Shown here piece by piece: positions 1-7,069 of a DNA stretch of 10,767 bases. A program made the translations under genes and the position numbers. The notes below the pieces were generated by a model, which worked only from the letters and a program-made list of their open reading frames with translations, was not told where the DNA came from and did no database searches. This stretch comes from Octopus sinensis. Its lineage: Eukaryota. Position 1 is the first letter of the stretch. Each line of letters starts with the position of its first letter. The stretch spans positions 1-10,767 of the forward strand of contig NW_021827108.1 in NCBI RefSeq assembly GCF_006345805.1. Reading direction: 5' to 3'.

Positions 1-554
1 GAATAGAAGTGGAACACACAATGGAAATACATGTGTAAAGGGGGGGAGGGAAAGAATGCAACAGACACGCGGAAGAACATTCGTTATCATATTTGGGAAA
101 TATTAAAAAGGAGTAGAATTATTATTTACGTAACTTTTGACAAGTATGAAATGGTGAACAGGAGTAGAAAGACCTTTAGGAAACCTCCTTCAGTGCGCAG
201 GGAAGCAATGTAAAACTTTCATATCAATCATAGTGTTATTGATTCGAGAAGTTTTATTGTTAACGTTGGAGCGGAGCTATACAGATGAAAGCAACACAAG
301 AGAATGTGACAATCTACTCTGAATACAATAACCGTAAAGCAGGATATAAATAGAACAGAATAGAAATATTCTAAATAACAGTAAAACCAAATCAGCAAAG
401 GGTAATATGAAAGGAAGTTCTTCCCTGCAAGTGAAGGCCTTATTCTAAGGGTTTTTACAGAGATTCATCAAAGACATTGTATGACAAATTAATATTTAAT
501 AATATCACCATAAAGCTACACGTTCCAGAGCAGGTGTATAGTCGTACATCATCA

Positions 555-690
555 AACCCGGTACATGATTAGTTTTTATTTTAACCACCCCCAGAAGGGT
601 AAAAATCAAAGTAGATTTCGGAGGAATTTGAACTCAAAACTTAAATGAAAGTAACTAAGTACTGTATAACATTTCGTTCGGTGTTCCACC
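555..690 (-). mobile_element. Highly degenerate tRNA-derived SINE fragment (family B)
   Basis: The segment 'aaagtagatttcggaggaatttgaactcaaaac' aligns by eye with 'aaagtcgacctcggcggaatttgaactcagaac' in the young copy at 2570-2804. Confidence 0.55.
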
Positions 691-724
691 CTAACTGATA
701 ACTAAACATTTTTTTCTAATACAG

Positions 725-915
725 ACACAAGGCTTCGTATTTCGGGAAGAAGTGTCTCGTCTCGATTTAATGAAACCCTTGTACATTACTGGTATTTGTT
801 GAATCGATCTGCGATGTAGCAAAAGTAAAACTGATTTCGGAGAAATTCGGACCAAGACCGTAAAGAGGTAACTAAGCACCCTATGATATTTGTTGGATGC
901 TCTACCGATTCTTCC
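725..915 (-). mobile_element. Degenerate tRNA-derived SINE (family B)
   Basis: Decayed but collinear matches to the family B tail (acaaggc), core (actggta...tcgat...aaaag...gatttcggagaaatt) and head (taccgattct). Confidence 0.5.
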
Positions 916-1363
916 ATATCATCATCCTCAACTGATCACATGACAAGCAAATGAGATTCCCCATAAACATTGACATATCCTTTAATTCCTTAGAACATTG
1001 GTCCTTTTAACTGCATTTAACCTCAACGAAGAGTTTAACTTCATCTGTCAGTTCAATTATGTGATTCAACCGTTGCTCTTTACTCAGTTACCGACCCCAC
1101 AATGGTTCTCATTTCTCTTCCAGCTTCTTTTAATTCTTCGATCCGTTCCTTTATTTTAATGACGGTAATTGCATTTTGCTTTTGATTTCATTTCGTTCTT
1201 CTTTTCCCAGAGAAAGTTCACTCAAGTTTTATTGATAAATTAGATCCGAACGCCTTATGTAAGCGTTAGAAACATAACTGATGTTTTTACACAAGTGCTA
1301 ACATAGACGGTCAGCCGTCCTCAAATACGCGTCTTATTTTTTCAAGAGTTAAATCAAAATTAC

Positions 1364-1434
1364 CTTTTGTTGATTTAACCCAAGAAAGAAAAACAAAAGA
1401 AGCAAATTTATATCTGTGAGTCCCATGATTTGAC
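1364..1434 (-). other. Candidate exon 4 of a minus-strand spliced transcript (71 nt); contains ATG plus a hydrophobic stretch, MGLTDINLLLLFFFLGLNQQK
   Basis: Acceptor ctcttatttgcattcAG, donor AAG|GTAATT, and an ATG in AATCATGG context. Based on motifs only; no homology recognised. Confidence 0.3.
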
Positions 1435-1599
1435 CTGAATGCAAATAAGAGATGTCCTAACGTAGTGTAGTGTAATTCCGAATCGAAATATTGATTGTTT
1501 CACTTGTCTATGTCCATCGATCGAGTCACAATTCTGATGCTCTTTGTTTCAAAAATATTACTAACACTTTCGTAACTGTTTTTTCTATTTGCAACTCAC

Positions 1600-1693
1600 A
1601 TCTTTTTGTTACTTTGATCAGCCGACTTGGTTAGACAGTACAATATTGACGAGGCCTAACAGACCGAATCATGTCCATAATTGCACTCCATAC
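1600..1693 (-). other. Candidate exon 3 (94 nt), stops in all frames (UTR or non-coding)
   Basis: Acceptor ctacgctttgttttcAG and donor GAT|GTGAGT. Confidence 0.33.
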
Positions 1694-2019
1694 CTGAAAA
1701 CAAAGCGTAGACTTTCATTCCGTTAAACATTAAGATTAATTCTCAACATTTTAAAATTATCTCACCTTTTCTCTGAGTGTTGCCTAGAACCACCAAGCGT
1801 TTGGCTTCCTTCTCTAATTAAGTGTATAAGTGGGAATTAATTAAGAAAGTTTTGCACAAGGCATTCAGTTCATCAGTTCTTAACTTATAGGTTATCGAGT
1901 ACCGAGTCGTTTATACAGCCAGAAACTGTCTTCTATAAGAAATTAAAATTCACGAAACACCCGCCATCTACAGGTAAGGTTTCTGTCTTAGTGAAGAGTT
2001 CGTTCCCTTCTCAACTTAC

Positions 2020-2074
2020 ATCATGGCGCAGTATTTTCATTAAGATGAGCGTTTAAAATTACATCACTGTTTGC
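2020..2074 (-). other. Candidate exon 2 (55 nt), stops in all frames (UTR or non-coding)
   Basis: Acceptor cttttttaatgtttAG and donor GAT|GTAAGT. Confidence 0.33.
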
Positions 2075-2109
2075 CTAAACATTAAAAAAGTTCAAGGGTG
2101 TCTATTTTT

Positions 2110-2285
2110 GCCTCGAGTCCCTGCTTCCAGAGTTCAATTCTCGTCGTGGTCAATGTTACTTTTCATCCTTTCGATGCCGATAAAAAATATCAATCTGGGT
2201 CAGTGAATTGGCTGGAATGGACGCTTGTGGTATTTGATTTAGCTGTTTGTGTTCTGAGCTCAAATCCTGCCATGGTCCACCTGGG
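2110..2285 (+). mobile_element. Two degenerate family B SINE fragments
   Basis: 'agagttcaattctcgtcgtggtcaat...ttttcatcctttcgatgccgataaa' and 'ttctgagctcaaatcctgcc' match the family B B-box and core. Confidence 0.5.
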
Positions 2286-2376
2286 TAATGGACTTAATAC
2301 ATCACCCAGTTCAACACCACTACATGAAACCTCGGGTATCTCTAGCAGATCTCACTCTGTTCGGTTCAGGTCTCAC

Positions 2377-2456
2377 GTTTGAAGATACCCTCCATCTCCC
2401 ATCCACCAATCTCGAAGCCGTCCAACGGGTCACGGGTACACTGCCTTCCCACTCGG
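2377..2456 (-). other. Candidate exon 1 (80 nt, GC-rich); two open frames (EWEGSVPVTRWTASRLVDGRWRVSSN or RVGRQCTRDPLDGFEIGGWEMEGIFK)
   Basis: Long pyrimidine tract tttgtgtttttgttatcttttAG and donor AAC|GTGAGA. About 46/80 bases are G+C against an AT-rich background, and it matches no other repeat in the window. Confidence 0.4.
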
Positions 2457-2569
2457 CTAAAAGATAACAAAAACACAAAACAAAACCTATTGAATCATCC
2501 TCAGTGTTTTCTATCTTCGCCGCATTTGATCAAATTGTGGCGTTATAGATTCTACTTATACAATCCATA

Positions 2570-2804
2570 GCCTATTTCTTTACTACCCACAAGGGGCTAA
2601 ACACAGAGGGGACAAACAAGGACAGACAAGCGGATCAAGTCGATTATATCGACCCCAGTGCATAACTGGTACTTATTTAATCGATCTCGAAAGGATGAAA
2701 GGCAAAGTCGACCTCGGCGGAATTTGAACTCAGAACGTAGCGGCAGACGAAATATAGCTAAGCATTTCGCCCGGCGTGCTAACGCTTCTGCCAGCTCGCC
2801 ACCT
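2570..2804 (-). mobile_element. Full-length tRNA-derived SINE (family B) with an 11-bp target-site duplication
   Basis: Minus-strand head GGTGGCGAGCTGGCAGAAGCGTTAGC (A-box-like), B-box-like GAGTTCAAATTCC, core CCTTTCATCCTTTCGAGATCGATTAAATAAGTACCAG. Flanked by TACAATCCATA at 2559-2569 and 2805-2815. Confidence 0.9.
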
Positions 2805-2831
2805 TACAATCCATAACCAAATCCTTATAAA

Positions 2832-2900
2832 CGGCAGGCAGTGCTGTAGCATGGCCCCAGCCTTTGGGCCAGAGCACAAAAAAATAAAGGAATAAAATAC
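2832..2900 (+). mobile_element. 3' tail fragment of a family A-related SINE
   Basis: 'ggcagtgctgtagcatggccccagc' resembles the family A tail 'ggcggtgctccagcatggccgcagtc', followed by an A-rich end. Confidence 0.5.
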
Positions 2901-3002
2901 GACAAAGATTTTTTCCCTTTAATTTAATGGTAAAATAATTCAGTTTACTTTTGTTATATTCAACAAATAACTCTGGATGAGAGTTTTCTTTTTATCGTAT
3001 AA

Positions 3003-3224
3003 AGTGGAGAGCTGGCAGAATCGTTAGCACGCCGGGCAATATGCTTAGCAGTATTTCGTCTGTCGTTACGCTCTGAGTTCAAATTCCACCGAGATTGACT
3101 TTGCCTTTAATCCTTTCGGAGTCGATAAATTAAGTACCAGTCAAGTACTGGGGTCGATGTGACCGATCATCCCCCTCCTCTCAAATTCCAGGCTTTGTGA
3201 CTATAGTAGAAAGGATTATTAGCC
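3003..3224 (+). mobile_element. tRNA-derived SINE (family B, alternative tail), copy 1 of a tandem trio
   Basis: Head gagctggcagaatcgttagcacgcc, B-box gagttcaaattcc, tail tatagtagaaaggattatt. Flanked by TTATCGTATAA at 2992-3002 and 3225-3235. Confidence 0.88.
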
Positions 3225-3235
3225 TTATCGTATAA

Positions 3236-3456
3236 GGCGGTGAGCTGGCAGAATCGTTAGCGCATGCTGGGTAAAATGCTCAGCGGAATTTCGTTCGTCT
3301 TTACGTTCTGAGTTCAAATTCCGCCGAGGTCGTCTTTGCATTTCATCCTTTCGGGGTCGATAAAATGAGTACTAGATGAGTATTGGGGGTCGATGTAATC
3401 GATTAGCTCCTCCAAGCAAAATTTCAGACCTTGTGCCTATAATAGAAAGGATTATT
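3236..3456 (+). mobile_element. tRNA-derived SINE (family B, alternative tail), copy 2
   Basis: Head ggcggtgagctggcagaatcgttagc, with the same core and tail as 3003-3224. Confidence 0.88.
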
Positions 3457-3468
3457 AGCCTTACTGTG

Positions 3469-3777
3469 AAGGCGCGTGGCTCAGTGGTTAGGTTATTCGG
3501 TTGTTAGTTCAATTCCAGGCGATGCGTTGACTCCTTGAGCAAGACATTTTATTTCACGTTGCTCCAGTTCACTCAGCTGGCAAAAATAAGTCGTACCCGT
3601 ATTTTAAAGGGGTCAACCATATCACATTCTGTGTCACGCTGAATCTCCCTGAGAACTATGTTAAAGAGTACGCGTGCCTGTGGAGTGCTTAGCCACTTGC
3701 ACGTTAATTTCACGAGCAGGCTGTTCCGTTGGTCGGATCAACTGGAAACCTCGTCGTCGTAACCGACGGAGTGCCAA
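3469..3777 (+). mobile_element. tRNA-derived SINE (family C) with an internal deletion in the tRNA head
   Basis: A-box gtggctcagtggttagg, B-box agttcaattcc, a CORE-like tccttgagcaagaca segment, and tail cgtcgtcgtaaccgacggagtgcca. Confidence 0.75.
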
Positions 3778-3978
3778 TATTAGTCTTACCAACTTTCTAA
3801 TAATTGATTTGCAATCTTTTATAAAAGTGGGCGGTTAAAGCGGTGTTGCAAGCAATGACATTTTAATTAGTAAGATGTGACGATCACATCGTTAATTCGG
3901 TATGCTTCGATACAAAATTAAAGTAGCATCGTTATCAGCTAAAAACCCTCGCGTGAGTGCATTTATGTACACACAAAC

Positions 3979-3997
3979 ATATATATATATATATATT

Positions 3998-4046
<49 letters not shown>

Positions 4047-4055
4047 CTATATAAT

Positions 4056-4115
<60 letters not shown>
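3979..4115. repeat. (TA)n microsatellite, interrupted
   Basis: Read directly from the sequence. Confidence 0.97.
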
Positions 4116-4116
<1 letters not shown>

Positions 4117-4148
4117 TTTATTTAAAGCAGCAGAAAATTCAACAAAAC

Positions 4149-4186
4149 CTGTTACTCTGAGTTCCCGTTGCCGTTCATCGAGACAG
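4149..4186 (-). ncRNA. Degenerate minimal type I hammerhead-like motif (inverted copy)
   Basis: Minus strand: CTGT-CTCGATGA-ACG(GCAA)CGG-GAAC-TCAGA-GTA|ACAG. Stem I CTGT/ACAG and the GUA triplet are intact, but the core has an extra base and lacks one A. Confidence 0.45.
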
Positions 4187-4203
4187 TTTTTGCTAGAAAA
4201 AAA

Positions 4204-4239
4204 CTGCGATGAACGGCAACGGGAAACTCAGAGTTACAG
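4204..4239 (+). ncRNA. Degenerate minimal type I hammerhead-like motif
   Basis: CTG-CGATGA-ACG(GCAA)CGG-GAAAC-TCAGA-GTT|ACAG. The core is shortened, stem II has an A.G mismatch, and stem III is the quasi-palindrome ACTC-A-GAGT. Confidence 0.45.
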
Positions 4240-4340
4240 GGTTTGTTGAATTTTCTGCTGCTTTAAATAAAGCATATTATTCTACCACTGGTATTTGAGT
4301 ACTCTTTTTTCCACCTTGTTTCACATTTATGTGTTACTCC

Positions 4341-4342
<2 letters not shown>

Positions 4343-4383
<41 letters not shown>

Positions 4384-4395
4384 TATATATATTAT
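4343..4395. repeat. (TA)n microsatellite
   Basis: Read directly from the sequence. Confidence 0.97.
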
Positions 4396-4860
4396 TAAAA
4401 GGAATTCCAACCTTGTCTGATTTTCACGTGTTATTTACAATCTTATAATGATATAATATAAGATAATATAATATAAAGAATGAAATAAAATAGTAGAATG
4501 TTAATGTTCATTCTGATTGAGTAGTAGTACTTTCATTGCATTAAATTATGCAATCTTCAGGTTCATGTAGTAGTGGTGACAGTCATGCTTCACAATTTTT
4601 GACTGTAGCGAGATGGTTAGATCTGTGCCTTAAATACACCTGTGTGGGCTCCAGATTGCTAGGTTTTGCAAACTGTATTCTGACCAATCAGTGTGTAGCA
4701 TCACTCAATTACTTAAGCTGATTGGTTGGTTTAGGCGTCACGCTTTGTTGACCATGTCAAGAGTCCTGTATCTTAACCCTGGCCGAGGCAACAATTGTTG
4801 GGCTATTTTTAGAAATGTTGTAAATAGCCTATATATTCTTCTATACACAATCACACCCCC
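4396..4860 (-). mobile_element. Possible second Penelope-like pseudo-LTR remnant
   Basis: Bounded by (TA)n on both sides. The minus strand shows CCAATCAG, then TATTTAAG, then an HHR-like CTGAAGA-stem-GAAA motif (4521-4560), then an AT-rich tail. Family not confirmed. Confidence 0.35.
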
Positions 4861-4862
4861 TA

Positions 4863-4863
4863 G

Positions 4864-4931
<68 letters not shown>
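4863..4931. repeat. (TA)n microsatellite
   Basis: Read directly from the sequence. Confidence 0.97.
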
Positions 4932-4933
<2 letters not shown>

Positions 4934-5211
4934 GGAGTATGGCTCCAAACTTACAGGGAAAAATTAGAGTTTTTAGTATTAAATCAAATTTCACAGTATA
5001 AATAATAAAAAATGAATTAGAGATGAAACCACTATTAGGCAACTCAAACAGTTGCCTAATAGTGGTTTTATCTAATAATAGTTTAATTATAATATGTTTA
5101 ATTATAGCCAGAAACGTAACGTAGGTTTTTACTTCAATATTAAATTATCCTGTTTATACTTTTGGAAAAAAATTATATATATATGTATATATATATATAT
5201 AATATATATGA

Positions 5212-5245
<34 letters not shown>

Positions 5246-5271
5246 CTATATTATATATATATATTATATAT

Positions 5272-5303
<32 letters not shown>

Positions 5304-5404
5304 ATATATAATTTTATTATTATTATTATATTTATATTATGTTATTATGTATGTCTATGTATTATCACTGTTTGAGTTGCATAATAGTGGTTTATCTTGA
5401 ATTC

Positions 5405-5406
<2 letters not shown>
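4932..5406. mobile_element. TA-embedded repeat remnants with a fold-back and a third, inverted copy of the same motif
   Basis: Perfect 19-bp inverted repeat at 5026-5044/5050-5068 with loop caaac. 5368-5406 is an inverted, diverged copy of 5012-5051. Confidence 0.6.
5175..5310. repeat. (TA)n microsatellite, interrupted
   Basis: Read directly from the sequence. Confidence 0.95.
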
Positions 5407-5442
<36 letters not shown>

Positions 5443-5447
5443 TATAT

Positions 5448-5522
<75 letters not shown>
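5407..5522. repeat. (TA)n microsatellite
   Basis: Read directly from the sequence. Confidence 0.97.
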
Positions 5523-5525
<3 letters not shown>

Positions 5526-5529
5526 CATA

Positions 5530-5880
5530 CAGCAATAAGAAAAATAGAGGGGATCAAGAGGTAGTATTCATCAACTTTTACATATTATATTATGTCTATT
5601 TATTTATTTAAAAAAAACCCATTATAACAATATACATACATGTATAACATTATGCTTTACATATATAAAATATAAAATATAAAAATACCAGTAATTATTA
5701 AAATATATAACGTAGAACATAGGAAGTAGAATAGTATCTTACAGCTGTTTCAGCCAAGAGGTTATAGTACCTCATTTTACTTCCATCCCTTCAGTGAACT
5801 GAAGTATTTGGTAGATAAGATTAAGGTACGTGGATGTGCCTCTGGGCTTCGTCAGAGAGTTTAGAAAGTTCATATGGTTA
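5530..5880 (-). mobile_element. Penelope-like pseudo-LTR remnant carrying a hammerhead ribozyme
   Basis: Abuts (TA)n. On the minus strand the HHR (5737-5858) is followed by an AT-rich tail with AATAAA (5599-5604). This organisation is typical of PLE pseudo-LTRs (inferred). Confidence 0.6.
5737..5858 (-). ncRNA. Minimal type I hammerhead ribozyme with intact core and an extended stem II
   Basis: Minus strand: TCT-CTGACGA(5855-5849)-AGCC.C.AGAGG...CCTCT.T.GGCT-GAAA-C-AGCT-G-TA|AGA. Stem II pairs at 9/10 positions, stem III is the palindrome ACAGCTGT, the triplet is GUA, and stem I is TCT/AGA. Confidence 0.75.
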
Positions 5881-5921
5881 AGTTATAAATACAAATATAT
5901 GCATATATACACACTTTTACA

Positions 5922-6339
5922 TTCTTTTCTTTCTTTTCTTTTCTTTTACTTGTTTCAGTCATTTGACTGCGGTGATGCTGGAGCACCGCTTTTAGTCGAG
6001 CAAATCGACCCCGGGACTTATACTTTGTAAGCCCAGTACTTATTCTATCGGTCTCTTTTGCCGAACCGCTAAGTGACGGGCACGTAAACACACCATCGGT
6101 TGTCAAGCAATGCTAGGGGGACAAACACAGACACACAAACACACACATACATACATATATATATACGTATATACGACAGGCTTCTTTCAGTTTCCGTCTA
6201 CCAAATCCACTCACAAGGCATTGGTCGGCCCGGGGCTATAGCAGAAGACACTTACCCAAGATGTCACGCAGTGGGACTGAACCCGGAACCATGTGGTTGG
6301 TTAGCAAGCTACTTACCACACAGCCACTCCTGCGCCTAT
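5922..6339 (-). mobile_element. Full-length tRNA-derived SINE (family A) with an internal TA/GT microsatellite
   Basis: Minus-strand head ATAGGCGCAGGAGTGGCTGTGTGG (A-box), GGTTCAGTCCC (B-box), tail GACTGAAACAAGTAAAAGAAAAG. Collinear with 7241-7648 and 10051-10388. Confidence 0.9.
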
Positions 6340-6347
6340 ATATAACG

Positions 6348-6397
6348 TTCCCATGCCGGGAATCGAACCCGGGCCGCCTGGGTGAAAGCCAGGAATC
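6348..6397 (-). pseudogene. 5'-truncated tRNA-Glu(TTC) fragment (3' 50 nt)
   Basis: GATT-CCTGG CTTTCAC CCAGG-CGGC-CCGGG TTCGATT CCCGG-CATGGGA-A. The anticodon arm and T arm are perfect. About 22 nt (5' acceptor strand and most of the D arm) are absent, replaced by TA/TG repeat. Confidence 0.85.
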
Positions 6398-6475
6398 ATA
6401 TACATATACATAAATATACATAAATACATATTTATACATTTCTGTAGCCCTATCGTGGTTATTTTGTAATAGTTT

Positions 6476-6526
6476 TGCGTTTGTCTCGCAGTACCGCTTG
6501 ACAATCGATGTTGAAGTGTTTACCTT
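6476..6526 (+). repeat. 51-bp direct repeat copy 1 (family A SINE internal segment); copy 2 is at 7070-7120
   Basis: tgcgtttgtctcgcagtaccgcttgacaatcgatgttgaagtgtttacctt, identical to copy 2 at 49/51 positions. Confidence 0.9.
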
Positions 6527-7032
6527 ACCTTCAATATATTGTATGTATAAACTTTCTATGTCAGATTTTGGGTGGTGCATTATAAATCATGTCACTATTT
6601 TTCTTGTTTCCTGTCTATTTTGATTAATTCATTTATAGTTCAGTTAAGAATATTGTAGCTGTAACTTATAATTGGGACGGCTAAAGTGTTGATACCTATT
6701 ATCTTGTTTTTCGCATTAAGCTCTGTTTTCAGTATTAATATAAATCGTGTATAGTATTCCTTTCTTAGCTTCTCTTTCATTTGTGTGTTTTGTATCGTAT
6801 CTAGTTCATCGATTCCTAAGTATTTATATGTCTGGCTTTGGTCTAATTCTCTTATTTCATTTGCTTTATCTGGTGTGATGTCGCTACTCTTAACTAGTTT
6901 TCTTCTTTTCAAGGTTGCTTTGGCACATTTTTCTAAGCCAAATTTCATTTTTTATTTCTTTAATAAACCCATGTACTGTCTGTTGTAATGTTACCAGCTG
7001 TTTATCATTTGCAGCATAGTTTTAAATCATCC

Positions 7033-7034
<2 letters not shown>
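6527..7034 (-). pseudogene. Decayed internal fragment of a Dong/R4-like non-LTR retrotransposon reverse transcriptase
   Basis: MDDLKL at 7034, then a frameshift, then ..KEIKMKFGLEKCAK..TYKYLGIDE..KEKLRKEYY..ILKTELNAKNKIIGINTLAVPIISYSYNILN*, then IDRK, a frameshift, and MHHPKSDIESLYI. These motifs are typical of the R4/Dong RT thumb and post-RT region. Confidence 0.85.

Positions 7035-7035
<1 letters not shown>

Positions 7036-7069
<34 letters not shown>

Larger units (their letters stand above)
4116..4342 (+). mobile_element. Penelope-like pseudo-LTR remnant with an inverted partial copy (157-bp fold-back, 4116-4272)
   Basis: Arms 4116-4180 and 4207-4272 differ by 2 substitutions and 1 indel. 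The right arm continues through AATAAA (4266-4271) to ...gtgttactccgg|(TA)n. Each arm carries an HHR-like motif. The Penelope assignment is inferred. Confidence 0.65.

Noticed and set aside
920-1230. Protein-like minus-strand reading (ERIEELKEAGREMRTIVGS...)
   Set aside because: Stops and frameshifts are frequent, the acceptor is weak, and no family is recognised.
1891-1973. Plus-strand exon candidate (ttatag|...ACAG|GTAAGG) with one open frame
   Set aside because: It is isolated, has no recognisable protein, and has no consistent plus-strand partner exons; a chance match is plausible.
2992-3789. CRISPR-like repeat-spacer pattern
   Set aside because: The units are 220-310 bp SINEs with short target-site repeats, in a eukaryotic context with no cas genes.
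5072-5118. Possible hammerhead: CTAATAA ... ttaattatagcca-GAAACGTA
   Set aside because: GAAACGTA is HHR-like, but the upstream core needs two G>A changes, overlaps the fold-back arm, and has no stem I. At most it is a 3' remnant.
4691-5557. ORFs rich in IYIY
   Set aside because: They are translations of (TA)n microsatellites.
6270-6339. SINE heads as functional tRNA genes
   Set aside because: They have A- and B-boxes but no closed cloverleaf, and they continue into the SINE body.
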